A stretch of DNA of 64,000 bases from Flectonema sp. DT1601 (GCA_964019425.1 OZ025784.1:124001-188000), one strand, 5' to 3'. Positions 12,117 through 23,880 are shown, counted from the first letter of the stretch. The notes: generated from the letters alone by a model not told the origin. A program made the numbers and translations.

Positions 12117-13106
12117 TCAAATACCGAAAGTGATTCCCGTTGCCTTCTCAGATGCCTTCCAAATCAAATCCTTCGCACGTTTCTCGGTGCAAATTTTCTC
12201 AGGTTGGAATTTGTCAACAGGACCCCACAGACAGTTGCCTTTTGGTCCCCAGAAATCATTTGATTTTGCTTTGGGATGGCAACATGCTTGGAGAAGAGGC
12301 ATCGTACCATCTTCAGCTGATTGAGCAACCAGCATAATGATATTTAACATCCACCTTCCTCCAAACTTTGAAGATGTTTGTTGCAGATTAGTAGAAGTCA
12401 ATCCTGGGTGTACGACAATGGACTTCACTCTCGATCCTTTTGACGATAATTTATCGTGTAGCGCGTAACTAAATACCGCCATCGCTAACTTTGTTTGTTG
12501 GTATCTCGTGTACTTTGCTGTACTTCCATTCCCTCCCAGATTACCTCCATTCTTACTGAGGTAGTCAGCTTTGAGTGGTTTAGAAGGATGCTTTCTCGCA
12601 ACAGATGAGTGAGACACAACTCTGCTTTCTCCTCTCTTGTCAGCAGCAATTTCAAGTTCAGGCATCAGTTCACAAGTTAACAAGAAGTGACTCAGATAAT
12701 TAGTTTGCATTTGAACATCAAATCCATCCTTAGTTGCGACATCATCAAAGGCCATGATTCCAGCATTGTTAGCAAGAACGTCTAAACCTTGTCCTCCGAA
12801 CAGTCTTTTGTACTCGTCAGCTGCTTTCTTCACGGAGTCGAAGGAACCCAAATCACATTCTATGGAAGTGAACTCCACTTTTGGAAACTCTCTTCTCAAC
12901 TGTGTCACTGAATTCTCAGCTCTGGCTGACTTTCTGTTCAGCAACACCACACTACCTCCGAGCCTTGCGACAGTTCTTGCAGCGATGTACCCCAGACCTG
13001 TTGTTGTTCCTGTTATCGCTACTCGCTTTCCACTCATTGAAGGAAGAGTTTTAAAGAACTTGTCGAAGTGAGCAGACTTCACTGTCTTTGAGTATGCGAG
13101 ACCCAT
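12117..13106 (-). CDS. Short-chain dehydrogenase/reductase (retinol dehydrogenase/WWOX-like), copy 1
   Basis: TGTTTGLG, NNAG and YQQTK (YxxxK). ATG start MGLAYS gives 329 aa, as in the 20087 paralogue. Confidence 0.93.
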   Translation of the reverse strand: MGLAYSKTVKSAHFDKFFKTLPSMSGKRVAITGTTTGLGYIAARTVARLGGSVVLLNRKSARAENSVTQLRREFPKVEFTSIECDLGSFDSVKKAADEYKRLFGGQGLDVLANNAGIMAFDDVATKDGFDVQMQTNYLSHFLLTCELMPELEIAADKRGESRVVSHSSVARKHPSKPLKADYLSKNGGNLGGNGSTAKYTRYQQTKLAMAVFSYALHDKLSSKGSRVKSIVVHPGLTSTNLQQTSSKFGGRWMLNIIMLVAQSAEDGTMPLLQACCHPKAKSNDFWGPKGNCLWGPVDKFQPEKICTEKRAKDLIWKASEKATGITFGI

Positions 13107-14024
13107 TTTATATGTTAGCTTTGGATTATAATAATCTACGAAATGGGGTGAGAAAGAATAGGTTAAAGCAACTTGGAAACAGACTAATATTAAAATAGGG
13201 TTTCTCAAAAAACCTAATTGAGCTGACAGTACTAATCATAATAATAATAAGCAATTCCAGGTGACTAAAAATAGAGAGGAAAATGAAAAAGAGAGGAGAG
13301 GAGAGAGCACGCGACGATGTAAAATAAACATCACCTTTTTAACTACATCCCACTTCCGATACTATCCTGGTGGTGGGATGTGGTTGCTTAAAAAATAATA
13401 ATCTTCCGATGCCATCCTGAAGACTACATTACTTGTGGTTATGGAAATCAAAAGTTTTCTTTTTTTTTTTTAAAAGAAAACAAATGAAAATAATACCACC
13501 GCTGATAAGCAAGAACGATGTCGAACTTTAATAACAAGTTACTGGCATCAAAATGTTGATATTCAAAATAAACAAAAAAAAATAGCAGCAATAAATTCGT
13601 CCTCTTTATAGGCATTCAGAAAGTTAGAATGGCCTTTGGCAGTGGAGATGTTACTAAAAAAAAGGAATGGAGAGCATCCGTGTGCACTTCCCTTTAGTCT
13701 CTTGTGAAATAGTTAGGAAGGTCATACAAGAAGAGGGAGTAAAGATAAGCGAGCAAGAGAATGAAAAAAATAATAAAAAATACAACCGTGTTGTATCATA
13801 CAAAACATAAAAGATAATTTAACATTAGTTTTTAGATACAGTGACGGAAAAAGAAAAGAAAGAATATACGATATTTCTTTTTAAATTTTGAAGCTAGTAG
13901 GCGGAAAATAACCTGTATTTGAGTTTTTTTATATACATTTTCTTTATAACAAAAAAAAGAAACGATAGATGAAATGACGATGAGATGTATGTCTGATGAG
14001 GAGGTCATTATAAAAGAAATATTA

Positions 14025-15014
14025 TCAAATACCGAAAGTGATTCCCGTTGCCTTCTCAGATGCCTTCCAAATCAAATCCTTCGCACGTTTCTCGGTGCAA
14101 ATTTTCTCAGGTTGGAATTTGTCAACAGGACCCCACAGACAGTTGCCTTTTGGTCCCCAGAAATCATTTGACTTTGCTTTGGGATGGCAACATGCTTGGA
14201 GAAGAGGCATCGTACCATCTTCAGCTGATTGAGCAACCAGCATAATGATATTTAACATCCACCTTCCTCCAAACTTTGAAGATGTTTGTTGCAGATTAGT
14301 AGAAGTCAATCCTGGGTGTACGACAATGGACTTCACTCTCGATCCTTTTGATGATAATTTATCGTGTAGCGCGTAACTAAATACCGCCATCGCTAACTTT
14401 GTTTGTTGGTATCTCGTGTACTTTGCTGTACTTCCATTCCCTCCCAGATTACCTCCATTCTTACTGAGGTAGTCAGCTTTGAGTGGTTTAGAAGGATGCT
14501 TTCTCGCAACAGATGAGTGAGACACAACTCTGCTTTCTCCTCTCTTGTCAGCAGCAATCTCAAGTTCAGGCATCAGTTCACAAGTTAACAAGAAGTGACT
14601 CAGATAATTAGTTTGCATTTGAACATCAAATCCATCCTTAGTTGCGACATCATCAAAGGCCATGATTCCAGCATTGTTAGCAAGAACGTCTAAACCTTGT
14701 CCTCCGAACAGTCTTTTGTACTCGTCAGCTGCTTTCTTCACGGAGTCGAAGGAACCCAAATCACATTCTATGGAAGTGAACTCCACTTTTGGAAACTCTC
14801 TTCTCAACTGTGTCACTGAATTCTCAGCTCTGGCTGACTTTCTGTTCAGCAACACCACACTACCTCCGAGCCTTGCGACAGTTCTTGCAGCGATGTACCC
14901 CAGACCTGTTGTTGTTCCTGTTATCGCTACTCGCTTTCCACTCATTGAAGGAAGAGTTTTAAAGAACTTGTCGAAGTGAGCAGACTTCACTGTCTTTGAG
15001 TATGCGAGACCCAT
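14025..15014 (-). CDS. SDR oxidoreductase, copy 2
   Basis: Protein identical to copy 1. Confidence 0.93.
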   Translation of the reverse strand: MGLAYSKTVKSAHFDKFFKTLPSMSGKRVAITGTTTGLGYIAARTVARLGGSVVLLNRKSARAENSVTQLRREFPKVEFTSIECDLGSFDSVKKAADEYKRLFGGQGLDVLANNAGIMAFDDVATKDGFDVQMQTNYLSHFLLTCELMPELEIAADKRGESRVVSHSSVARKHPSKPLKADYLSKNGGNLGGNGSTAKYTRYQQTKLAMAVFSYALHDKLSSKGSRVKSIVVHPGLTSTNLQQTSSKFGGRWMLNIIMLVAQSAEDGTMPLLQACCHPKAKSNDFWGPKGNCLWGPVDKFQPEKICTEKRAKDLIWKASEKATGITFGI

Positions 15015-15932
15015 TTTATATGTTAGCTTTGGATTATAATAATCTACGAAATGGGGTGAGAAAGAATAGGTTAAAGCAACTTGGAAACAGACTAATATTA
15101 AAATAGGGTTTCTCAAAAAACCTAATTGAGCTGACAGTACTAATCATAATAATAATAAGCAATTCCAGGTGACTAAAAATAGAGAGGAAAATGAAAAAGA
15201 GAGGAGAGGAGAGAGCACGCGACGATGTAAAATAAACATCACCTTTTTAACTACATCCCACTTCCGATACTATCCTGGTGGTGGGATGTGGTTGCTTAAA
15301 AAATAATAATCTTCCGATGCCATCCTGAAGACTACATTACTTGTGGTTATGGAAATCAAAAGTTTTCTTTTTTTTTTTTAAAAGAAAACAAATGAAAATA
15401 ATACCACCGCTGATAAGCAAGAACGATGTCGAACTTTAATAACAAGTTACTGGCATCAAAATGTTGATATTCAAAATAAACAAAAAAAAATAGCAGCAAT
15501 AAATTCGTCCTCTTTATAGGCATTCAGAAAGTTAGAATGGCCTTTGGCAGTGGAGATGTTACTAAAAAAAAGGAATGGAGAGCATCCGTGTGCACTTCCC
15601 TTTAGTCTCTTGTGAAATAGTTAGGAAGGTCATACAAGAAGAGGGAGTAAAGATAAGCGAGCAAGAGAATGAAAAAAATAATAAAAAATACAACCGTGTT
15701 GTATCATACAAAACATAAAAGATAATTTAACATTAGTTTTTAGATACAGTGACGGAAAAAGAAAAGAAAGAATATACGATATTTCTTTTTAAATTTTGAA
15801 GCTAGTAGGCGGAAAATAACCTGTATTTGAGTTTTTTTATATACATTTTCTTTATAACAAAAAAAAGAAACGATAGATGAAATGACGATGAGATGTATGT
15901 CTGATGAGGAGGTCATTATAAAAGAAATATTA

Positions 15933-16922
15933 TCAAATACCGAAAGTGATTCCCGTTGCCTTCTCAGATGCCTTCCAAATCAAATCCTTCGCACGTTTCT
16001 CGGTGCAAATTTTCTCAGGTTGGAATTTGTCAACAGGACCCCACAGACAGTTGCCTTTTGGTCCCCAGAAATCATTTGACTTTGCTTTGGGATGGCAACA
16101 TGCTTGGAGAAGAGGCATCGTACCATCTTCAGCTGATTGAGCAACCAGCATAATGATATTTAACATCCACCTTCCTCCAAACTTTGAAGATGTTTGTTGC
16201 AGATTAGTAGAAGTCAATCCTGGGTGTACGACAATGGACTTCACTCTCGATCCTTTTGATGATAATTTATCGTGTAGCGCGTAACTAAATACCGCCATCG
16301 CTAACTTTGTTTGTTGGTATCTCGTGTACTTTGCTGTACTTCCATTCCCTCCCAGATTACCTCCATTCTTACTGAGGTAGTCAGCTTTGAGTGGTTTAGA
16401 AGGATGCTTTCTCGCAACAGATGAGTGAGACACAACTCTGCTTTCTCCTCTCTTGTCAGCAGCAATCTCAAGTTCAGGCATCAGTTCACAAGTTAACAAG
16501 AAGTGACTCAGATAATTAGTTTGCATTTGAACATCAAATCCATCCTTAGTTGCGACATCATCAAAGGCCATGATTCCAGCATTGTTAGCAAGAACGTCTA
16601 AACCTTGTCCTCCGAACAGTCTTTTGTACTCGTCAGCTGCTTTCTTCACGGAGTCGAAGGAACCCAAATCACATTCTATGGAAGTGAACTCCACTTTTGG
16701 AAACTCTCTTCTCAACTGTGTCACTGAATTCTCAGCTCTGGCTGACTTTCTGTTCAGCAACACCACACTACCTCCGAGCCTTGCGACAGTTCTTGCAGCG
16801 ATGTACCCCAGACCTGTTGTTGTTCCTGTTATCGCTACTCGCTTTCCACTCATTGAAGGAAGAGTTTTAAAGAACTTGTCGAAGTGAGCAGACTTCACTG
16901 TCTTTGAGTATGCGAGACCCAT
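15933..16922 (-). CDS. SDR oxidoreductase, copy 3
   Basis: Protein identical to copy 1. Confidence 0.93.
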   Translation of the reverse strand: MGLAYSKTVKSAHFDKFFKTLPSMSGKRVAITGTTTGLGYIAARTVARLGGSVVLLNRKSARAENSVTQLRREFPKVEFTSIECDLGSFDSVKKAADEYKRLFGGQGLDVLANNAGIMAFDDVATKDGFDVQMQTNYLSHFLLTCELMPELEIAADKRGESRVVSHSSVARKHPSKPLKADYLSKNGGNLGGNGSTAKYTRYQQTKLAMAVFSYALHDKLSSKGSRVKSIVVHPGLTSTNLQQTSSKFGGRWMLNIIMLVAQSAEDGTMPLLQACCHPKAKSNDFWGPKGNCLWGPVDKFQPEKICTEKRAKDLIWKASEKATGITFGI

Positions 16923-17897
16923 TTTATATGTTAGCTTTGGATTATAATAATCTACGAAATGGGGTGAGAAAGAATAGGTTAAAGCAACTTGGAAACAGAC
17001 TAATATTAAAATAGGGTTTCTCAAAAAACCTAATTGAGCTGACAGTACTAATCATAATAATAATAAGCAATTCCAGGTGACTAAAAATAGAGAGGAAAAT
17101 GAAAAAGAGAGGAGAGGAGAGAGCACGCGACGATGTAAAATAAACATCACCTTTTTAACTACATCCCACTTCCGATACTATCCTGGTGGTGGGATGTGGT
17201 TGCTTAAAAAATAATAATCTTCCGATGCCATCCTGAAGACTACATTACTTGTGGTTATGGAAATCAAAAGTTTTCTTTTTTTTTTTTTAAAAGAAAACAA
17301 TTCTTTGTGAACCCTTTTCAAAAAAAAAAAAAAAACAGAAAACAAATGAAAATAATACCACCGCTGATAAGCAAGAATGATGTCGAACTTTAATAACAAG
17401 TTACTGGCATCAAATGTTGATATTCAAAATGAACAAAAAAAAAAAAAAAAAAAAATAGCAGCAATAAATTCGTCCTCTTTATAGGCATTCAGAAAGTTAG
17501 AATGGCCTTTGGCAGTGGAGATGTTACTAAAAAAAAGGAATGGAAAGCATCCGTGTGCACTTCCCTTTAGTCTCTTGTGAAATAGTTAGGAAGGTCATAC
17601 AAGAAGAGGGAGTAAAGATAAGCGAGCAAGAGAATGAAAAAAATAATAAAAAATACAACTGTGTTGTATCATACAAAACACAAAAGATAATTTAACATTA
17701 GTTTTTAGATACAGTGACGGAAAAAGAAAAGAAAGAATATACGATATTTCTTTTTAAATTTTGAAGCTAGTAGGCGGAAAATAACCTGTATTTGAGTTTT
17801 TTTATATACATTTTCTTTATAACAAAAAAAAGAAACGATAGATGAAATGACGATGAGATGTATGTTTGATGAGGAGGTCATTATAAAAGAAATATTA

Positions 17898-18887
17898 TCA
17901 AATACCGAAAGTGATTCCCGTTGCCTTCTCAGATGCCTTCCAAATCAAATCCTTCGCACGTTTCTCGGTGCAAATTTTCTCAGGTTGGAATTTGTCAACA
18001 GGACCCCACAGACAGTTGCCTTTTGGTCCCCAGAAATCATTTGATTTTGCTTTGGGATGGCAACATGCTTGGAGAAGAGGCATCGTACCATCTTCAGCTG
18101 ATTGAGCAACCAGCATAATGATATTTAACATCCACCTTCCTCCAAACTTTGAAGATGTTTGTTGCAGATTAGTAGAAGTCAATCCTGGGTGTACGACAAT
18201 GGACTTCACTCTCGATCCTTTTGATGATAATTTATCGTGTAGCGCGTAACTAAATACCGCCATCGCTAACTTTGTTTGTTGGTATCTCGTGTACTTTGCT
18301 GTACTTCCATTCCCTCCCAGATTACCTCCATTCTTACTGAGGTAGTCAGCTTTGAGTGGTTTAGAAGGATGCTTTCTCGCAACAGATGAGTGAGACACAA
18401 CTCTGCTTTCTCCTCTCTTGTCAGCAGCAATCTCAAGTTCAGGCATCAGTTCACAAGTTAACAAGAAGTGACTCAGATAATTAGTTTGCATTTGAACATC
18501 AAATCCATCCTTAGTTGCGACATCATCAAAGGCCATGATTCCAGCATTGTTAGCAAGAACGTCTAAACCTTGTCCTCCGAACAGTCTTTTGTACTCGTCA
18601 GCTGCTTTCTTCACGGAGTCGAAGGAACCCAAATCACATTCTATGGAAGTGAACTCCACTTTTGGAAACTCTGTTCTCAACTGTGTCACTGAATTCTCAG
18701 CTCTGGCTGACTTTCTGTTCAGCAACACCACACTACCCCCGAGCCTTGCGACAGTTCTCGCAGCGATGTACCCCAGACCTGTTGTTGTTCCTGTTATCGC
18801 TACTCGCTTTCCACTCATTGAAGGAAGAGTTTTAAAGAACTTGTCGAAGTGAGCAGACTTCACTGTCTTTGAGTACGCGAGACCCAT
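17898..18887 (-). CDS. SDR oxidoreductase, copy 4
   Basis: One substitution relative to copy 1 (QLRRE to QLRTE). Confidence 0.93.
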   Translation of the reverse strand: MGLAYSKTVKSAHFDKFFKTLPSMSGKRVAITGTTTGLGYIAARTVARLGGSVVLLNRKSARAENSVTQLRTEFPKVEFTSIECDLGSFDSVKKAADEYKRLFGGQGLDVLANNAGIMAFDDVATKDGFDVQMQTNYLSHFLLTCELMPELEIAADKRGESRVVSHSSVARKHPSKPLKADYLSKNGGNLGGNGSTAKYTRYQQTKLAMAVFSYALHDKLSSKGSRVKSIVVHPGLTSTNLQQTSSKFGGRWMLNIIMLVAQSAEDGTMPLLQACCHPKAKSNDFWGPKGNCLWGPVDKFQPEKICTEKRAKDLIWKASEKATGITFGI

Positions 18888-19078
18888 TTTATATGTTAGC
18901 TTTGGATTATAATAATCTACGAAATGGGGTGAGAAAGAATAGGTTAAAGCAACTTGGAAACAGACTAATATTAAAATAGGGTTTCTCAAAAACCTAATTG
19001 AGCTGACAGTACTATGTTGTGGGTGCTTTGACACAACTGCACTACACGAACCGTTCAGTGAGAACCACACATCATCCC

Positions 19079-19473
19079 AATATGAGATGGTGAGCAGCAA
19101 GGAGGAGTCTCCAGTAATATGTTTGATAGCCTGACAAGAGAGAAAGTGATGTCTAACAAAGACCACAACACACAAGAGTCGCAAATGGCGAAGCGGATTC
19201 TTAAACATACTTTGCGGACAGTAGCTTGTTCTCGGTTAACCAAAAAAAGGTATGTTTGTTTTGTTTTGTTATTTCCCAGAACAGAATTATTCTAGGGTTG
19301 TTTTTTTATATTTTTTATTATGTTGGAAAAAAAAAGCTTCCGTCTCGAAGGATTCAAAATCGCATACAAGGAAATCAATCAGAGCTAAAGATTAACAACA
19401 CAAATAACACGATGATGTTTTTATTTTATTTTATTTTATTTTTGTGTCTTTTCGTGGTTACGAATCTTCTAAT
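19079..19473. repeat. ~400-bp block duplicated at 22392-22801
   Basis: aatatgagatggtgagcagcaaggaggagtctccagtaatatgtttgatagcctgacaagagagaaagtgatgtc... is shared through ...ttcgtggt.acgaat.ttctaat. Confidence 0.88.
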
Positions 19474-19537
19474 TGGTAATCATCTACAAGACAGTTGATG
19501 AGGTTTTTATAAAAAGAATATAATAAGAGAAAAGTGA

Positions 19538-20030
19538 TCAAATATCGAAAGTGATTCCCGTTGCCTTCTCAGATGCCTTCCAAATCAAATCCCTTGCACG
19601 TTTCTCAGTACAAAGGTCATCAGGTTGGAATTTATCAACGAGACCCCAGAGACCGTCTCCTTTTGGTCCCCAGAAGTCTTCTGACTTAACATCAGGATGA
19701 CAACATCCTTGGAGAAGAGGCATCGAACCATCTTCAGCTGACTGTGCGGCAAGCATGACAATATTTAACATCCACCTTCCTCCTACGACAATAGACCTCA
19801 CTCTCGATCATTTTGATGATAATTTATCATGTAGCGCGCGTAACCAAACACTGCAATCGCTAACTTTGTTTGTTGGTTCACAAGTTAACAAGAAGTGACT
19901 CAAATAATTAGTTTGCATTTGAATATCAAATCCATCCTTAGTTGCGACATCATCAAAGGCCATGATTCCAGCATTGTTAGCAAGAACGTCTAAACCTTGT
20001 CCTCCGAACAGTCTTTTGTACTCGTCAGCT
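19538..20030 (-). pseudogene. 5'-truncated, internally deleted SDR pseudogene
   Basis: Three SDR fragments joined by deletions (near 19783 and 19878), a frameshift (gcgcgcg) and no N-terminus. Confidence 0.85.
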
Positions 20031-20086
20031 GGTTACGAATGTTTTCCATTGTCTACAAGACTGTTGACGAGGTTCAAGAAAAGTGA

Positions 20087-21076
20087 TCAAATATCGAAAG
20101 TGATTCCCGTTGCTTTCTCAGATGCCTTCCAAATCAAATCCCTTGCACGTTTCTCAGTACAAAGGTTATCAGGTTGGAATTTATCAACGAGACCCCAGAG
20201 ACCGTCTCCTTTTGGTCCCCAGAAGTCTTCTGACATAACATCAGGATGACAACATCCTTGGAGAAGAGGCATCGAACCATCTTCAGCTGACTGTGCGGCA
20301 AGCATGACAATATTTAACATCCACCTTCCTCCAAACTCAGACGTTGTGTCCGGAAGATTAGTAGAAGTCAATCCTGGGTGTACGACAATAGACTTCACTC
20401 TCGATCCTTTTGCTGTTAGTTTATCATGGAGCACACAACCAAATAACGCAATTGCTAACTTTGTTTGTTGGTATCTCGTGTACTTTGGTGTACTTCCATT
20501 TCCTCCCAAATCCCCTCCTTTCTTACTGAGGTAGTCAATATCAAGTGGTACTGGAGGATGCTTTCTCGCAACAGATGAGTGAGACACAACTCTGCTTTCT
20601 CCTCTCTTGTCAGCAGCAATTTCAAGTTCAGGCATCAGTTCACAAGTTAACAAGAAGTGACTCAGATAATTAGTTTGCATTTGAACATCAAATCCATCCT
20701 TAGTTGCGACATCATCAAAGGCCATGATTCCAGCATTGTTAGCAAGAACGTCTAAACCTTGTCCTCCGAACAGTCTTTTGTACTCGTCAGCTGCTTTCTT
20801 CACGGAGTCGAAGGAACCCAAATCACATTCTATGGAAGTGAACTCCACTTTTGGAAACTCTCTTCTCAACTGTGTCACTGAATTCTCAGCTCTGGCTGAC
20901 TTTCTGTTCAGCAACACCACACTACCTCCGAGCCTTGCGACAGTTCTTGCAGCGATGTACCCCAGACCTGTTGTTGTTCCTGTTATCGCTACTCGCTTTC
21001 CACTCATTGAAGGAAGAGTTTTAAAGAACTTGTCGAAGTGAGCAGACTTCACTGTCTTTGAGTACGCGAGACCCAT
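20087..21076 (-). CDS. SDR oxidoreductase, mosaic paralogue (copy 5)
   Basis: 329 aa, identical to copies 1-3 up to HSSVARKHP and divergent afterwards. YQQTK is kept. Confidence 0.93.
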   Translation of the reverse strand: MGLAYSKTVKSAHFDKFFKTLPSMSGKRVAITGTTTGLGYIAARTVARLGGSVVLLNRKSARAENSVTQLRREFPKVEFTSIECDLGSFDSVKKAADEYKRLFGGQGLDVLANNAGIMAFDDVATKDGFDVQMQTNYLSHFLLTCELMPELEIAADKRGESRVVSHSSVARKHPPVPLDIDYLSKKGGDLGGNGSTPKYTRYQQTKLAIALFGCVLHDKLTAKGSRVKSIVVHPGLTSTNLPDTTSEFGGRWMLNIVMLAAQSAEDGSMPLLQGCCHPDVMSEDFWGPKGDGLWGLVDKFQPDNLCTEKRARDLIWKASEKATGITFDI

Positions 21077-21231
21077 TTTATATGTTAGCTTTGGATTATA
21101 ATAATCTACGAAATGAATAGTTTAAAATAGCATTTTCACAAAAATATTTAATTGAACTCACAAGAAATGACATAATATTTTCAAAACCTGGAAGGAGTTT
21201 ACACCGTCGTACAACATATATTTCGTACTCA

Positions 21232-22344
21232 CTAACTTCCAATAGACATGTTTCGTAATTCTCCTACACTCATGTCAGTTACTGAACTACCCTCTACGAC
21301 GTTATTATTTATTGAGAGTAATTTATAAAAACTTGACGTGTCTATCGCAGAGAGTGATGTACATCCGACAAGAAAATTAGTGCTGATGGAAACGACGTTT
21401 TGAAATCCAGACAAGTCAAGTGACGTCATCGAACTGTTGTTGTAAAGGAAAGAATCTGAAATGTGAACGACTTTGTCGAATTTTTTGAAATCTAACGACA
21501 GCAACGATGAACATTCTCGGAGGAAACCATCTGGGATTTGCGACAGGTTGCGAAGACCATCTAAATTCAGTTTTGTTATCTGATTGCAATCACACAAAAA
21601 GTTTGAATCAATCGACGTAACTTTCTCCAGAGAACACAATTTCAATTCCTTTATTGATGTACATCCAGAGAGAAAATTAGATCCTATTTCTGATGCATTG
21701 CATAATCCAGATAAGTCAAGCTCTACCACAGAGCAACACCCCTCCATGAAACTAGATCCAATTTGAGTTGTATTTCTAAGCCCAGACAAGTCTACAGAAA
21801 TAACACCATGGCAGCCATACATGAAATAATCATATACAACTGTGACTGAAGTGAGACCTGATAAGTTCAGAGTGGTGATTGAATTTTCAAAAAAAAAATT
21901 ATTAGAAACTGCCGTTACAGAAGGATGAGAATTAACAAACGAGATCTGATGAACAGTCGCAGGTAAGAACCAACTTCCATCAAAATAAAGACATCCGTTA
22001 TTGTCTCCATCACCGAACGTCTTCGTATTCAGTTGAATTGACGTGCTGTGATTGATTTCATAATGCCGTTGCAGCTTCTTATTAAGATCAACATCTACAA
22101 TCCAATCTCTGTCAAAAACATTTAAAAACGACGCCTCAATCACCGAGTCAACTCCTATCCCATGAGATGCTAATACCGAGTCTTTCAGAAGTATTTCCCC
22201 ATTATACGATAGTTCCAATGCCGCAGTTTCAACATTCCACTGACTACCTGCCTCTTCAATAGCATCCTTCACTGTAATTTTTTCATCGACAGAGAATTGA
22301 ACTTGAGGAAAATCCAATCCCGGAAATGAAACTAGTATATTCAT
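21232..22344 (-). CDS. Ubiquitin-like domain plus leucine-rich-repeat (BspA-like) protein
   Basis: N-terminal MNILVSF...TVKDAIE...LELSYNGEILLKDSVLASHGI is Ubl-like. Repeated LDLSGLxNxxxIGxxFLxGC units follow. Confidence 0.85.
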   Translation of the reverse strand: MNILVSFPGLDFPQVQFSVDEKITVKDAIEEAGSQWNVETAALELSYNGEILLKDSVLASHGIGVDSVIEASFLNVFDRDWIVDVDLNKKLQRHYEINHSTSIQLNTKTFGDGDNNGCLYFDGSWFLPATVHQISFVNSHPSVTAVSNNFFFENSITTLNLSGLTSVTVVYDYFMYGCHGVISVDLSGLRNTTQIGSSFMEGCCSVVELDLSGLCNASEIGSNFLSGCTSIKELKLCSLEKVTSIDSNFLCDCNQITKLNLDGLRNLSQIPDGFLRECSSLLSLDFKKFDKVVHISDSFLYNNSSMTSLDLSGFQNVVSISTNFLVGCTSLSAIDTSSFYKLLSINNNVVEGSSVTDMSVGELRNMSIGS

Positions 22345-22391
22345 AATTATTGTAGTGTGTTGACAGAGTGCTGTAATAAATGAAAAGGGTA

Positions 22392-22801
22392 AATATGAGA
22401 TGGTGAGCAGCAAGGAGGAGTCTCCAGTAATATGTTTGATAGCCTGACAAGAGAGAAAGTGATGTCAAACAATGACCACAACATACAAGAGCACACGGCA
22501 GTCGCACATGGCGAAGCGGATTCTTAAACATACTTTGCGGACAGTAGCTTGTTCTCGGAGTTAACCAAAAAGGTACGTTTGTTTTGTTTTTGTTTTTTTG
22601 TTATTTCTTCAGACCAAAAATTATTTTATTTTTAATAGAGTTGTTGTTTTTTTTTATTTATATTTATATATATTCTCGTAGGAATCAATTTTCATAATAC
22701 AAAAAAAACACCAATCAGAGATAAGATTAACCACACAAATACCAGTGACGATGATGTTTTTTTTTTTTTTTTTTTTTTTTCGTGGTAACGAATGTTCTAA
22801 T
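22392..22801. repeat. Second copy of the 19079-19473 block
   Basis: Direct alignment by eye, with small indels. Confidence 0.88.
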
Positions 22802-22814
22802 AATTCCGTCCTAT

Positions 22815-23880
22815 CTATAAGTCAGTAATTTCGACCATGACCAGCTTATGATCTGAAGGTGTTTCCAATACTTTACACTTAACTTTCTCTGAGGGTAGAC
22901 GAACGCTGTTTGTTGTTAAGTTTTTTTTTTTTTTTGAAAAAAAGTTAGACTCAGAAAAATATTAAAAATAAATAAACATACTTGCATAGGACATGATCAA
23001 CACATCCATCTACGTGTGTCGAAACGTGTGTCGAAAGTTGAAAAAGTCCAAAAGTTTCTTCAACCTCCTCAGTCGTGTAATTCATTGTGTTTAAATCACC
23101 AATCAAAAACACATAATCCAAATCAAATTCTTTTTGAAGTGACGAGATGAGGGTTCGAACCTGAGCTACTTGAACCTGATATGCCGCTCCATCACCAAAT
23201 AGATGTCTGAAAGGATCATCCAAAGCCTGCATGTGGCTGTTGATTACACAATATCGTTGAGAATGAAAAACTTTCCAAAGAAGACCTTTGTTGCAGGATA
23301 TCTCAGAACCCGTTGATGCAGTGAAAGACTCAAAACCATGATCGGTCGTTCCTTCTATCCTTCCCGATATTAAAAGCAATCCAGCATCACCAGAAGTACT
23401 CAAATCTTGTCCCATCGTTATATTAGAATGACCGATAATTGCGATTTCTTCGTAGAGTTGTGAGACGACCGGAATGACTGTTCCCTTCATGTCGAATATA
23501 CAAGACGGAATGAATCTGTGACGTAACTTATTAATTGGATACAATATCAACGCATTAATTAATACAATAATAGCATGCAGTAGTATGGTACTGCAGTAGG
23601 TCCACATTAGGAATATTATTCTCATCGGATACGATTCAGCAAACAGAGCCTCAAATAAATGATCTAATTTCTGAACAGCCTTCGCAATCACAAAACTCAA
23701 CGGATCGAGTCTGAAAGCGTACACTTCCTGAAGAGCTACTACGAAAGGTGAATCTGTCCAGCCCTCTTTATCAGCTGTTTTTTTTAAATGCAGACAAGTG
23801 TCACGTGGTCTCAACATAGGATCTCTAACACTAACCCCCCAAACATTTTGTGTAATGAGTCTGAGGGTTCTATCAGACAT
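22815..23880 (-). CDS. Endonuclease/exonuclease/phosphatase (EEP, neutral sphingomyelinase-like) protein, intron 22906-22981
   Basis: TQNV, LQEV, NSHM, GDLN and DHV motifs. Splicing GTATGT...AAACAG restores the terminal SDH motif (ETPSDHKLVMVEITDL*). Confidence 0.9.

Larger units (their letters stand above)
11335..19013. repeat. Tandem array of ~1.9-kb units (offsets 1908, 1908, 1965 bp), each carrying one SDR gene
   Basis: Identical ORFs recur at these offsets and the spacer sequence is also near-identical. Confidence 0.95.

Noticed and set aside
18888..19208. N-terminal extension of SDR copy 4 (436-aa ORF)
   Set aside because: It runs into the unrelated duplicated block, and the MGLAYS start is common to all copies.
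12066..21041. Repeated plus-strand ORFs such as MIPALLART and MTMRCM
   Set aside because: Antisense shadows of the SDR genes, repeated only because the unit is duplicated.
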